From Convolutriloba macropyga (lineage: Eukaryota): a stretch of DNA of 64,000 nt. How positions within the stretch are numbered: the first letter of the stretch is position 1; each line of letters begins with the position of its first letter. Below are positions 12,401-27,640 of the stretch, in pieces. The notes beneath the pieces are model-generated. The model saw only the letters and a list, made by a program, of their open reading frames with translations. It was not told the DNA's origin and made no database searches. The DNA lies in the NCBI RefSeq assembly GCF_964194025.1, contig NC_134470.1, positions 23,064,001-23,128,000 of the forward strand. The letters are read 5' to 3'. Both the position numbers and the translations under genes were made by a program.

Positions 12401-15400
12401 AAAATGGCAAAGGACGTGGCTGCACATGATAGCCACGACAAAACATATGTTACATATAAATTTTCTAGAACAATAAAAAATCCGGAAAAGTTAGGAAACT
12501 GTCTAACGGTAAAATTAGAAAAAATCTAAGCCATAGCCAAGACAACAGAGGAACCAAACCAACTAAAAGTCATACATTAACACAACAGAATGCGGCAGCC
12601 AAAAATATACCATAATACCATCGAGTTTCAGTGATTTATTGAAGTTGAAAGCATTAGGAAACAAACCAGCCAACTTGTGGGTCAACAAATTGACGTCATA
12701 AAAGTTTACAAGAGCAGAACGACCAATTGGAAAACTAGTATAATCGACTTACTGCAGCAAGGTCATACTTCATCACCTTAAGCATTATTCCACATCGCTA
12801 GCAAAAAATACGCGGAGCCGAACAACACAGAACGAACAAAGTCCCGAACAATACCATACGAAAGAAACGGGAAATTTTGCGAGAGAAAACTTTGTGACAA
12901 AAAGGTACAAGTGGAAAAAAGCTGGTAAAGTAATAAAAACACGCCAACGGAATGGTAAGAAATCAAAATACATTAGAATTTTGAGCAAAAACTTTTTTGT
13001 GCAGGCTGGATTTTGTGTAGTTTCTTTTTACACCTCTTCTTCTACTCAAGTAGTTTGAGTTTAACTCACCTAGTGAATAGTCGGTTTTGAAATTTGATCC
13101 TGAGAGATTTGTCACAATTTCAATTTTCTGTACATTTTTCTTTCTGTGTTAAGGTTTTTGCTAATTCGTTATTACCTAACGCAATTCAAGTAATTTGGGG
13201 GTTTTAACTTTTAAAGAACGGTTTTTACGTTTGTTTTGATTTTTTTCAAAAAAATTTTCAAGTCGAGTCAAAATTGAGAGAAGAATTTTCAAAATGGAAC
13301 TAAGTCGTATCCTCTCATTTATTTCAAATTCAAGCTCATGATTGTGCTGAACAACCAAAGTGGAGCAACTGGTCCAAATTTCTTAGAAAAAAAGCCACAA
13401 TTTTTTGTGCTGATAATTTTTGTTTGATTTTTATGCCCAGAGAGAGCTCGTTGCCTTCTTGTTGCAGCAATCAAAATTGGTTGTCTAAAAAGATAGGTTT
13501 CGCTGGTGTGCTGCCTGTCTCTCCTAGGATTTTTAGAAGGCTTATTGCTTTTCAAAAGGGACATTTTTGTCCAAATTTTCTATTTGTGGAAATGTGGTGC
13601 TTGATATGCCATCAAAAAATAAAACGTAACCTCTTTGGACAAACTAGATTAAGGTTTTACCGAACCAAATGTTAGACCACCTGACAATGAAGCAGAGGAA
13701 GAGCATGAGGGTTACCCAGTAGAACGTTGCGCGGCAAAGGTAAGTAACAAAAGGGAAATCATCTAACGAACGTTGAAACGGGCAATCGGAAAAAGAGGGA
13801 AAGGAAAAAGAAACAGACGATACGGGAACGCAGGACGAAAAACGGTCGACAAAAATAAAATTGAAAGTAACAGTTCGGACACGCGGGCTGAACACCGAAC
13901 GACAAAACAGGAATAATAATGGTGGGTCAGAAACATCGGGTGTACCAAGTGCAACGAAGCGAAAACCGATACAGAAGGGACAGCCGCTTTAAATAAGTCA
14001 CGCCATAGAATGAATTTAAGGAAAATCAATTGAAGTGAAAAATGGCAAAGGACGTGGCTGCACATGATAGCCACGACAAAACATATGTTACATATAAATT
14101 TTCTAGAACAATAAAAAATCCGGAAAAGTTAGGAAACTGTCTAACGGTAAAATTAGAAAAAATCTAAGCCATAGCCAAGACAACAGAGGAACCAAACCAA
14201 CTAAAAGTCATACATTAACACAACAGAATGCGGCAGCCAAAAATATACCATAATACCATCGAGTTTCAGTGATTTATTGAAGTTGAAAGCATTAGGAAAC
14301 AAACCAGCCAACTTGTGGGTCAACAAATTGACGTCCTAAAAGTTTACAAGAGCAGAACGACCAACTGGAAAACTAGTATAATCAACTTACTGCAGCAAGA
14401 TCATATTTCATCGCATTAAGCATTATTCCACATCGCTAGCAAAAAATACGTGGAGCCGAACAACACAGAACGAACAAAGTTCCGAACAATACCATACGAA
14501 AAAAACGAGAGACTTTGTGAGATTAAATTTTGTGACAAAAATGTAGAAGTGGAAAAAAGCTGGTATGGTAATAAAAACACGCCAACGGAATGGTAAAAAA
14601 TCAAAGTACATTAGAATTTTGAGCAAAAACTTTTTTGTGCAGGCTGGATTTTGTGTAGTTTTTTTACACCTCTTCTTCTACTCAAGTCTTTTGAGTTTCA
14701 ATCACCTAATGAATAGTCGGTTTTGAAAATTGATCCTGACAGATTTGTCACAATTTCAATTTTCTGTACATTTTCTTTCTGTGTTAAGGTTTTTGCTAAT
14801 TCGTTATTACCTAACGCAATTCAAGTAATTTGGAGGTTTTATAATGCACTTACGCTAGACGTAAAACAACATATTAGTTTGAGACTACTGAAGTACATTT
14901 ATTAACTTAAGATGAGAGCGACAAAGTTTTTATTTTTTTGCCTTCTTGTTCACTACAAATACTCCAATTCAACAGTTTCGGCGATCAATACAAACAGTGC
15001 CTCGTTTTTCTGCACAACTTACCGAAGGTATCCTTTAGCGTAAAAATCAATCATTCAATTTCAATCCTTCCATATTCCCTTTCTATGGCGTCAGTAATGT
15101 TTTTGTGGATGTTACTTTAATCGGACTCAAGATAAGGTGTTGCTTTATGAGGTCTTGCTGCTGGGTCGCGATATTGAATTGGCTGACTTCTCAATGCAAG
15201 GTGTTTTACAAACAGACACACTGGATTAACGTTTTACCGAACCCAAATGGAGACCACCTGAAAATGAAGTCGAGGAAGAGCAGGAAGGAGGCTACCCAAT
15301 AGCACAGTGCGCGACAAAGATAAGTAACGACTAAGAGAAGTGAGAGCATTTAACTTGAGTTGAAACATGCAACTAGAAAAAAAGGCCCCGACAAACGACG

Positions 15401-18146
15401 CAAGAGTGCAAGAAAAAAGAATCGGACAAGGCGGAAACGCCTGACACAAAGCGGGTGACAAATTAAAATCATTACGTACGGTACGGAAACGCGGGCTGTA
15501 AGACGCATGACAAATTTGGAAGCAGAATGGAGGGTCTGAAACACCGTCTGTACGAATTGCAACGAAGGGAAAATCAATACAGAAGGGATAAGCGCTTTTG
15601 GAACTAAGTCACGCTCCATTATAAAGGAAAAACAACTGAAGAAAAAACTGGCAAATGAAGTGGCTGCCGTGATAGCAAATAAAAAACATATGATAGTTAT
15701 ATAATTGCACTTGAAACCTCCAAAAATCCGGGAATGTTAGAAGCTCTTAAATGGTAACTTCAAAACAAACTTAAGCGATAGCCGAGACGACAAAAAACCA
15801 ACTATATAATAATCATACAAGAGCTCAACAGAACGTGGCAGCAAAAAAATTGTTTTATTACCACACAGTATCAAAGAACTGTGAAAGTCGAAGACATCAA
15901 GGAACAAACCCGCAAACTTTTTAGTCATCTAATTCACACCCTAAAAACTTACAAGACCAAAACTGTCAACGAGAAAACTAAAATAAGGCAGCAAATCTGA
16001 ATCATACTTCATCACATTAAGCAACGTCTCACATCGCAAACAGAAATATACGCGGAGCAGAACAACACAGATCACAAAATGAATTAAAAAATACGCTACG
16101 AAACGAACGGGAGACTTTGCGCGAGCAATTATAGCGCAAAAAATGAAGAAGTGGAAAAAAGCCAAAGTAAAAAAGCAACACAACGACCAAGTTTGTGTGC
16201 TTTCTTTTTACACCTCTTCGTCTCCAGTTCTTTTGAGGGTCACTCAATTAGCGAACCTTCTGTTTTGAAAAATGACCCTAACAGAAATGTCAAAATTTCA
16301 CTTTTCTACTCAATTTTTTATTTCTGTGTTAAATTTATTGCTATATCGTGATTTTCTAACGCATTTCACGTAAATTTGCGGTCTTAAATTTCAAAGAACG
16401 GATTTTACGTTTGTTAAGGATTTTAACGTCGAATCAAAATTGAGAAAAAAACTTTCAAAACTGAACAGTATAGTATCCTCCCTTATTATCCGAGCTTCGG
16501 TTGTGCTAAACAACCAAAGTGCCGCATCTGGTCCAAATTGCGTAGAAATTTGCCAAAATTTTAGAAACAGATAATTTTTCATTGCTTTTTGCCCACAGAA
16601 GTTTTCTTGTCTTCCTGTTTTGGCAAATAAATTTGTCAGTTTTTGCGCTAATTTTTTGCTTGCGACAAAGTGAACACTTAGAAGTTTTGCTGCCTTCTTG
16701 TGCACCAATCAAATTCGGTTGTCGAAAAAGATACAATTTGCTGGTGTACTGCCTGTCTCTCCTAGGGTTCTTAGAAGGCTTATTTCTTTTAAAAATGGAT
16801 TTTTTGTCCCGAATTTTTTATTTATGGAAATTATTTGATCAGTATGCCATCATAAAATGAAATGTAACCTCTTTGGAAATTTTATCTATTTATATATATA
16901 ATGGGTTTTTGGCGTGTAAATCTAAAGAATTTTACTGCAAATAGTTTTCTGTAAGTGCAATTCTCATCCCTGAGAGCTCTATTTCCTCCAGGCAACGAAA
17001 AAAGTATTTTTGGCATTTAAGTAGTGAACAATAGGGAAAACCATGATCCCGGGCATAAAGTGAGGATAGTATAGAAGTAGGACTAAAATTCCAGGAAACT
17101 TGCGTACTCTTTAAGATGAGACATATTAATCTTGTAAGGCCGTATTGTGGATGTACCGGGAACATATTCTCCATTAACTGCTTGTCACTTCATCGAGTTT
17201 CACTAAAACCCGTCATTAGGTTTGTCTGATTGATAATGCTAAATACTAATAACATGGGTGTTGGAAACAGCCAAAAAACAGCTGAAAAATTAAAAAGCAG
17301 TCTTTCAGTTGGTTTGCAAATTAATTTCTTTGTCATAATGCACTTTAGCTAGACCTAAAACAACGTATTAACTTGAGACCACGGAAGTACATTTATTCAA
17401 TGGGAATGATAGCAACAAGTACTTTTTTACTGCAGATTTTGATGCCTGGGCGACAGAATTAACAAGAATCAGTCTATTTTTGGTACCTGTCAACCACGCC
17501 GATCAACATTATGTTCAAAGTTGTGCAAGCAACCAGAAATAACCAAGTCTAAACATTCATCATTTGAAAAATTTAATGGTTAGATTTGTAGATTTATTGC
17601 AGGTATGTTTTTTTTGCTTTTTCTCCAAGATTTTAGCTTATTATAGCTACTCGATTCTGTTTGGCTAACAAAACAATGCATTTTGAAATTTTTCTCGCTT
17701 ATATCTCAGAAACAGCAAATGCCAATTTTTTTTACTAGCAACATTTATCTTTTAGCCAGTCGCTATGGTCCCGTAGAATAGGTTTTACCCATGATTTTTG
17801 GCACTGAAGACTGAATTTGACTCCTTTATGTTTTTTGTAGCCTCTGTAGGGCATTGTCTAAGAGCGCAGCACTCGTAAAATCTGAATCATAAAATTGATT
17901 TGAAAACCCCGACTAGGCTCGTCATGCACCCTGAATAATTAATGAAGTTGTTGATATTGTGCATCTTCAATGGTGGAAGACCGCTGAGTTTGTCCAAATT
18001 GACACCAACTACCGAAATGGGCATGACTAAGATTCTCAGAGCGCCGTCGTTTCAATGCACTGCAGTAGGCAAACTCAGAGATACTTTATTTGCTTTGCCA
18101 ATTACGATAGTCATAAGGTGCGTCAATTTTACATCACCAAATAGAA

Positions 18147-18165
18147 AGAGAGAGAGAGAGAGAGA
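18147..18165. repeat. (AG)n microsatellite within a ~1.1-kb unique insertion (17830-18900) in the array
   Basis: Direct reading; flanking sequence does not recur in other array units. Confidence 0.85.
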
Positions 18166-21100
18166 ATGTCAGTCGGGCTCTTGATACGGCACTTTAAATT
18201 CGTACTAATGAAATGGATCACCACTGTACGGAGAAAACTTCCAGCTGGTTTGCGCATTTTCCCCCTTCATTCCTGTGGCGCCGCGAAAAATTGTTGCGTT
18301 TTTCACTGCGAGCGCAGGATGTATAGCATACAATTCACCATCCCCTCACATGGCATGGGGACTTTATACCCTTATGTTGGAGTTTTACTGGAGTCTCAAA
18401 AAGTGATGCCATGATGTTAGCATTTTTGAAGGGTTTAACTGGAATACTACAGCTTGTTTCTTGCGTACTATTTACAATTTTTTGTTCAAACGCTCGCCAA
18501 TTGTGATGATTGACAGTATTATTAGTAAGTGACGACTGTAACATGTGGTAAAAATTTATGCAAGGGAGTATCACTGAGGTTTCGGTAAAAAATAATTTAC
18601 CGAGTCCTGTACAAGTTTCTGGCTTTTTGTTAATCCCCTCTCTTCAACAAATTCATTTTCAATTGATTGTCGATTGAACAACGAATGATTGTCCATTAGA
18701 TCGGCCTCGTTGATTTTGGCTGCAGACTTTCTTCAATTCTTCAAATTTAATCTTCCCCATTTGGATCTTAAGGTCTTCTTTCCGCATTGCAGTTTCATGT
18801 TCATATTTAGCCAGTCAAACGGCAGCTTGTTTTGTCTGTCATTCTCTTCTCGTTTCATTTTTCCACTAGAAACTAATGTCTACGCTGAATGAATAAGATC
18901 AACAGTGTTCTCTTCGATTGGCCATCAAAATGAAATATTTCTCATACGTTGTCGTGGTCAGAAAAACTATCAATATGTCAATGTAGTTTCAGCTCTATGG
19001 GGTAATTCAACATTGTTCTTATTTATTTCAGACAATCACTGCTCAAAAACAAGATATTTTGAATCTGTTCCTCGCTTTCAATGACCCATACAAGCAGTTT
19101 CTTGCTCTTCTGCTCGACTTACCGAAGCTATTCTTTAGCTTAGAAATCAAGCATTCCGTTTCAACTCTTCTTTATTTCCCATCTACGGCGTCAATAAAAT
19201 TTTTGTGGAACTTATTTCAATGGGACTCAAGCTAAGTTCTTGCATTATAAAGTCTTGCTGCTCGGCCGAACCCAAATAGAGGCATCCTGACAAAGCCCAA
19301 AAAGAACAGGAAAAAAGTTACCCAGTAGCACAGTGCGCGGCGAATGTACAAAAAAGAACACACATGCAGCGCAAAATAGAATGTTGAAACAGGCAACCGG
19401 AAAAAAGGACACCGCAAAAGACGCAAGACGGAACGGAAATACCAACGGTCGAGGCGGGTACGCGGGACAAATATTGGGCGACAATATTGAAAACCAAATT
19501 CACAGAACGGAAATGGGACACGACTGAATGACGCACGACAAATTGGGAAACAAAACCGTCGGTTAAGGAAACACCGCGCACTAATAAGGAGATAGTCGTT
19601 CTAGCTAAGTTACGACCCAGAACGAAGTGGAAAATAACTGAAGCCAAAACGTGAAGATATCGTGGCTGCATGTGATAGCAAAGAAATAAATCTGATATAC
19701 GCCAAAGCACTAGAACACTCACAAAGCGCGGAAAGTTAGGAAACACTCTAGCGGTAACAAAGCTAAGCCATGACCCCAACGGAAACAGAACCAAACCAAA
19801 CATCGGTCACACGATAACTCAAGAGGCAACAAAAAATAATATACTACCAAAAGGCACCAAAAAACTATTAAAGTTATAGAAATCAAAATACAAACCATCC
19901 AAAATGTGAGTCAACAAATTTCCATCCTGAAAATTAACAAGTCTACAACGATCAACCTGCAAGCTAGCATAACCAACATACTGCAGCACGATTGAATCAT
20001 ACTTCATCACATTAAGCAACGTACCATATCGCAAGCAGAAAAAAACGCTGAGAAGAAAAACACAGTACGCATAATATACCAAACGGTACGCTACAAAACA
20101 AACAGGAGATTTTGCGAAAGCGAATTTAGTGAAAAAGAAATTAGAAATGGAAAAATGCCAGTAAAGAAAAAAAAACACGCAGACGATACAGTACGAAATC
20201 GAAAGACATTTTACTTTATTGCAAAATTTTTGTTGTACAGGCAGGAATTTGTGTGTTTTATTTTTACACCTCTTCTTCTTCTTCAAGTGCTCTGAGTTTC
20301 ACTCAATTATCAAACAATCGATTTTGAAAATTGATCCCGACAGATTTGTCACAATTACATTCCTTTGCTTTTTTGGCTTTTTTGCTAATTCGTAATTATC
20401 TAACAAATTTCAAATAAATATGCTGTTTTAAGTTTTAGAAACGGTTTTCTCTTTTTGTTATTGACTCTTCAACTTTTTCAAGGTGCATCAAAATTGAGAA
20501 AAAACTTTTATAATTGAATAATTTAGTATCATATACCTCCATTCATTTCAAATCCGATCTTAGGAAGTGCTCTACGACCAAGAAGGAGCAACTGGTTCAA
20601 TTTCCCTAGAAAAGGGCCAAAATTTTCAAAATTGATATTTTTTGTCTCGAGTTTTTCTATTGTGTTTTTTGATTACTGGTATGCTACAAACAAATCCATT
20701 GTAATCTCTTTAGAAAATTTAACCCTTTAAAGAGGACGGTTTTATTGGCATCTAATTTAAAAGAAATTTACTGCAAAAGTTTAGTGTAACTCCGAAATGC
20801 AGTTTAACGTTTTGGTTTGTTCTTACTGCTTCTGCTGTTGCTCTTTTTTTTAAAATTAACTCCAAAAGTCATTTTTTTAAAATTAACTCCAAAAATGGCA
20901 CACCCTTGTATGGTTTCAATGGATCAATGATCACGGCATCAGAGCATTTCCAATTATCAGAACATCATCGTAATGTTACAGACCCACAAATGCATCAGTA
21001 GTTGTCTTTTCTAGCGCATTGCCTATTTCTGAGAAATATCCACCCGGTACCCGAGAAGCGTTTTTTCAGAATTCGAGTACAGAATAATAACGAGGACGAC

Positions 21101-22459
21101 AGGGCTAGTTATAAAGCGAGCATAGTACAGAAGTATGACTGAAATTCCTCAAAAATTACATATATTTTGCATGAGGAAACAATTTATTCTTGTAAACACG
21201 GAAAAAATTGTGGCGATACCGAAAACTCAGTCAACATGAGTTAGTTGCGGCTTCATCGATTGTCATAAGGGGCCGTAAAATATGTTTGTGAGATCGATAT
21301 TGCTAATCAATAATGACAAGAATTGTGGATCTAATTTTATCTGAAAATATTAAAACCAGTCTTGCGATTGGGTCTCAAATTAATCTTTTTTGTCATTATG
21401 TACTTAAGCATGTCTTGCGATTGGGTCTCAAATTAATCTTTTTTGTCATTATGTACTTAAGCAAGACGTTTAAAACAATTTAACAAGGGGCCGTCGAAGT
21501 CTTTTTATTCAAGTATGAAGTGCATTTTAGACTACTTAAAGAAATTATAGATCAGGGCATCAGAGCATTTTCAGGAATCAGAACCTCATCTTCGTAATGT
21601 TTTAGGCCGTCAAACGCATCAGTAGTGGTCTTTTCCAGTACAATTTGCATTAGACTACATGAGAAGCGTTTTTTTAGCATTAGAGTACATAAAAAATAGT
21701 AGAACACTCAAAAAGCTCGGGAAGTTAAGAAACACTATAGCGTTAACTTCAGAACAAAGCTGACTCATGGGCCCCAACGGAAACAGAACCAAACCAAACA
21801 TCAGTAACCCGATAACTAATGAGCAAGCGAATGCAAAAAATTAGTATGCCACCAAAAGGCATGAAAGAACTATTAAAGTTGAAAAATCAAAACATAAACA
21901 ATCCAACTTTTGAATCAACAAATTTACATCCTGAAAATTAATAGGACCACAACGACCAACCTGCAAGCTGGTATAATCAATATACTGCAGCACGATTGAA
22001 TAATTCTTCATCACAGTAAGCAACGTACCACATTATGCGAAAGCGAATTTAGTGAAAAAGAAAGTAGAATTAGAAAACGCCAATAAAGAAAAAATAACAC
22101 GCAGACGATACAGTAGGGAATCGAAAGACTTTAGCAAAAACTTTTGTGCAGAATGGTGTTTGTGTGCATTCTTTTTACACCTCTTCTTCTTCAAGTGCCC
22201 TGAGTTTCACGCAATTAACGAACAATCGGTTTTGAAAACTGATCATGTCAGATTTTTCACAAATACATTTTTTGGTCTTTTTTCGTTTTTGGTTAATTTT
22301 TGGGTAATTCGTTATTACTCAAAGAATTTCAAGTGAAAATGCGGTTTTAAGTTTTAAAAAAGATTTTCAATATTCTTTATTCATTCTATAACTTTTTCAA
22401 GTTGCATCAAAATTGAGAAAAAAAATAAACAATTTATAGTTTTGTTACAATTCTGAGAA

Positions 22460-25400
22460 CTCTTTTTCCACCCGGTACCGGAGAAACGTATTTTTAGCAT
22501 TTGAGACCAGAACAATAAGAAGGACCATAGTTCTCGTTATAAAGTGAGCATTGTAAAGAGGTGGGACTCAAAGTTCTCAAGAATTGCATTTTTTTTGCAA
22601 GATGAAACAACTTATTCTTGTAAACACGGAAAAATTGTGGCGGTCCCGATAACCGAGTCAACATGTGTTAGTTGCCGCTTCATGGAGTGTCACAAAAGTC
22701 CGTTTAATATGTTTATGAGATCGATATTTCTAATAACTGCTAACAAGAATTGAGGAATTAATTATATCTAAAAATTATTAAACCCAATCTTTCAATTGGG
22801 TTTCAACTTAATTGTTTTTGTCACTATGCACTTAAGCTAGAAGTATAACAACAATTTAACAGGAGGCCGTTGCAATGTTGTTTTTCAAGTACGAATGCTT
22901 TTTTTTTACTGTTTAAGGAGTTCGAAGACCAGGGCATCAGAGCATTTCCAGGAATCAGAATATCATCTTCGTAATGATCCAGACCCAAAAATGCATCAGT
23001 AGTCGTATTTTGCAGTGCAATTCTCATTCCTAAGAAATCTCTTTCAACCGTTACGGGAGAAGCGTTTTTTAACGTTCGAATACATCAAAGGAAATGGACC
23101 ATAGGCCTATTTATAAAGTGAGCATAGTAAAGAATTGGGACTTAAATTACTCAAGAATTACATATTTTTTGCATGAGGAAAGAACCTATTCGTGTAAACA
23201 CGGAAAAAATTGTAGCAACAATGATAACCGAGTCAACATGTGTTAGTTGCCGCTTCATGGAGTGTCACAAAACGCCGTTTATTATGTTTATGATATCGAT
23301 ATTTCTAATAACTGCTAACAAGAATTGAGGAATTAATTATATCTAAAAATTATTAAAACCAATCTTCCAATTGGGTTTCAACTTAATTGTTTTTGTCACT
23401 ATGCACTTAAGCTAGAAATATAACAAAAATTTAACAGGAGGCCGTTGCAATGTTGTTATTCAAGTACGAAGTACTGTTTAAGGAGTTCGAAGACCAGGGC
23501 ATCAGAGCATTTCCAGGAATCAGAATATCATCTTCGTAGTGATCCAGACCCACAAATGCATCACTAGTCGTATTTTGCAGTGCAATTCTCATTCCTAAGA
23601 AATCTCATTCAACCGGTACGGGAGAAGCGTTTTTTTAACGTTTGAATACATCAAAAGAAAAGGACCATAGGCTTATTTATAAAGTGAGCATAGTAAAGAA
23701 TTGGGACTTAAATTAATCAAGAATAACGTATTTTTCGCATGAGGAAACAACCTATTCGTGTAAACACGGAACAAATTGTGGCAAAAATGAAAACCGACTC
23801 TACATGAATTAGTTGCCACTTCGTCGAGTGTCACAAAATGCTCTTTATAATGTTTGTCAGATCGATATTGCATATCACTTATAACCAGATTTGAGGAACG
23901 AATTACATCTGAAAATATTAAAAGCAGTCTTCTGATTGGGTTTCAACTTAATCTTTTTTTGTCATTATGCACTTAAGCACAAATCATCACACGAATTTAA
24001 CAAGAGACTGTTGCATTGTTTTTATTGAAGAACGAAGTGCTTTTTGTACTGTTTAAGGAGTTCATAGATCAGAGCAACAGAACATTTCCAGGAATCACAA
24101 TATCATCTTCGTAATGATCCAGACCCACAAATGCATCAGTAGCCGTAATTTGCAGTGCAATTTTCACTCCTCAGAAATCTATTTTCAACCGGTATGTGTG
24201 AATCGTTTTTAAGCGTTCGAATAAATAAAAAAGGAGGACCATAGGCTTAGTTATAAAGTAAGCATACTAAAGAATTAGGACTGGAATTTGTCAAGAACTA
24301 CGGTTTTTTTGCAATATGAAGCAACCTATTCGTGTAAACACGGAAAAATTGTGGCGAAATTGAAAACCGAGTCAACATGAGTTACTTGCCGCTTCATCGA
24401 GTGTCACAAAAGGCCCTTTATAAGGTTTGTCAGATCGATATTGCTTATCACTTATAACCAGATTTGAGGAACCAATTACATCTGAAAATATTAAAACCAG
24501 TCTTCTGATTGGGTTTCATTTTAATCTTTTTTTGTCATTATGCACTTAAGCACAAATCATAACACGAATTTAACAAGAGACTATTGCATTGTTTTTTTTG
24601 AAGAGCGAAGTGCTTTTTGTACTGTTTAAGGAGTTCATAGATCAGAGCATCAGAACATTTCCAGGAATCACAATATCATCTTCGTAATGATCCAGACCCA
24701 CAAATGCATCATTAGCCGTAATTTGCAGTGCAATTTTCACTCCTCAGAAATCTATTTTCAACCGGTATGTGTGAATCGTTTTTAAGCGTTCGAATAAATA
24801 AAAAAGGAGGACCATATGCTTAGTTAAAATGTAAGCATAGTAAAGAATTAGGACTGGAATTTTTCAAGAATTACGGTTTTTTTGCAATATGAAGCAACCT
24901 ATTCGTGTAAACACGGAAAAATTGTGGCGAAAATGAAAACCGAGTCAACATGAGTTACTTGCCGCTTCATCGAGTGTCACAAAAGGCCCTTTATAATGTT
25001 TGTCAGATCGATATTGCTTATCACTTATAACCAGATTTGAGGAACCAATTACATCTGAAAATATTAAAACCAGTCTTCTGATTGGGTTTCAACTTAATCT
25101 TTTTTTTGTCATTATGCACTTAACCACGAATCATAACACGAATTTAACAAGAGACTGTTGCATTGTTTTTATTGAAGAGCGAAGTGCTTTTTGTACTGTT
25201 TAAGGAGTTCATAGATCAGAGCTTCAGAACATTTCCAGGAATCATAATATCATCTTCGTAGTGATCCAGACCCACAAATGCATCAGTAGTCGTAATTTGC
25301 AGTGCAATTTTCACTCCTAAGAAATCTATTTTCAACCGGTATGGGTGAAAAGTTTTTAAGCGTTCAAAAAAATAAAATAGGAGGACCATAAGCTTAGTTA

Positions 25401-27640
25401 TAAAGTAAGCATAGTCAAGAATTAGGACTGGAATTTCTTAAGAACTACGTTTTTTTGCAATATGAAACAAACTATTCGTGTAAACACGGAAAAATTGTGG
25501 CGAAAATGAAAACCGAGTCAACATGAGTTAGTTGCCGCTTCATCGAGTGTCACAAAAGGCCCTTTATAAGGTTTGTCAGATCGATATTGCTTATCACTTA
25601 TAACCAGATTTGAGGAACCAATTACATCTGAAAATATTAAAACCAGTCTTCTGATTGGGTTTCATTTTAATCTTTTTTTGTCATTATGCACTTAAGCACA
25701 AATCATAACACGAATTTAACAAGAGACTGTTGCATTGTTTTTATTGAAGAGCGAAGTGCTTTTTGTACTGTTTAAGGACTTCATAGATCAGAGCAACAGA
25801 ACATTTCCAGGAATCACAATATCATCTTCGTATTGATCCAGACCCACAAATGCATCAGAAGCCGTAATTTGCAGTGCAATTTTCACTCCTAAGAAATCTA
25901 TTTTCAACCGGTATGGGTGAAAAGTTTTTAAGCGTTCAAATAAGTAAAAAAGGAGGACCATAGGTTTAGTTATAAAGTAAGCATAGTCAAGAATTAGGAC
26001 TGGAATTTCTCAAGAACTACGTTTTTTTGCAATATGAAACAGACTATTCGTGTAAACAGGGAAAAATTGTGGCGAAAATGAAAACCGAGTCAACATGAGT
26101 TAGTTGCCGCTTCATCGAGTGTCACAAAAGGCCCTTTATAATGTTTGTCAGATCGATATTGCTTATCACTTATAACCAGATTTGAGGAAACAATTACATC
26201 TGAAAATATTAAAACCAGTCTTCTGATTGGGTTTCAACTTAATCTTTTTTTGTCTTTATGCACTTAACCACGAATCATAACACGAATTTAACAAGAGACT
26301 GTTGCATTGTTTTTATTGAAGAGCGAAGTGCTTTTTGTACTGTTTAAGGAGTTCATAGATCAGAGCAACAGAACATTTCCAGGAATCACAATATCATCTT
26401 CGTAATGATCCAGAACCACAAATGCATCAGTAGCCGTAATTTCCAGTGCTATTTTCACTCCTAAGAAGTCTATTTTCAACCGGTACAGGCGAAACGTTTT
26501 TAAGCGTTCGAATAAATAAAAAAGGACGACCATAGGCTTAGTTATAAAGTAAGCATATTAAAGAAGTAGGACTGGAATTTCTCAAGAACTACGTATTTTT
26601 CGCAAGAGGAAACAACCTATTCGTGTAAATACAGAAAAAATTGTGGCGACAATGAAAAATGAGTCATCATGAGTTAGTTGCCGCTTCTTCGAGTGTCGCA
26701 AAGGGCCGTTTAATATGTTTATCAGATCGGTATTGCTAATCACTAATAACAAGAGTTGCGGAACCCATTACATCTAAAAATAATAAAACCAGTCTTCGGA
26801 TAGGCTTTCAATTTAACTTTTGTTATTATGCACTTAAGCTAGAAGTATATCAATAATTTAAAAACAGACCGTTGCAGTGTTTTTATTCAAGTACGAAGTG
26901 CTTTTTGTACTGTTTAAGGAGTTCAAAGATGAGGGCATCAGAGCATTTCCAGCAATCAGAATATCATCTTCGTAGTGATCCAGACCCACGAATGCATCAG
27001 TAGTTGTATTTTCCAGATAAATTCTTATTCATAAAAATTCTTTTTCCAATCGGTACGGGAAAAGCGGTTTTTAGCGTTCGAATACATAAAAAAGGGAAAT
27101 ATCATAGGCTTAGTTATAAATTGAGTATAGTAAAGTAGTAGAACTGAAATTTCTCAAAAATTACGTATTTTTTGCGACAGGAAACATTTTATTCGTGTAA
27201 ACACGGAAAAAATTGTGGTGACAATGAAAACCGAGTCAACATGAGTTAGTTGCCGCTTCATCGAATGTCACAAAGGGCCGTTTAATATGTTTGTCAGATC
27301 GGTAATGCTAATCACTAATAACAAGTGTTGCGGAACCAATTACATCTAAAAAATATTAAAACAGTCTTCCAATTGGGCTTCACTTTAATCTTTTTTTTTC
27401 ATTATACACTCAAGCTAGAAGTATCACAACAATTTAATAAGAGACTGTTGCAGTGTTTTTATTCAAGTACGAAGTGTTTCTTGTACTGTTTGATGAGTTC
27501 ATAGGTCAAGGTATCAGAACATTTCCAGGAATCACAATATCATCTTCGTAATAATCCAGACCCACATATGCATCAGCAGTTGTCTTTTCCATTGCAATTT
27601 TCATTCCTGAGAAATTTTTTCCAACCGGGGCGGGACAAGC
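22460..27640. repeat. ~573-bp satellite, ~9 tandem copies
   Basis: Anchor CTTC(A)TCGAGTGTCAC-like at 22678, 23253, 23819, 24392, 24965, 25538, 26110, 26684, 27256 (spacing 566-575). Confidence 0.97.

Noticed and set aside
13150-13205. Apparent LRR motif (LLELR/LGNNEL) in the array
   Set aside because: It arises only by joining two frames and is not conserved in other units.
7100-16250. Hydrophobic F/L/C-rich minus-strand ORFs resembling membrane proteins
   Set aside because: They are the antisense of A-rich sequence; short, inconsistent between repeat copies, with no recognisable domain.
22460-27640. Recurrent in-frame TGA codons in a Cys-rich minus-strand reading (DNY*CICGSG..RR*CSDSWKC), suggesting Sec/Trp recoding
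   Set aside because: The ancestral frame cannot be established: an alternative frame (TTTDAFVGLDHYEDD) is open, and shared TGAs are explained by common descent or CGA>TGA decay.
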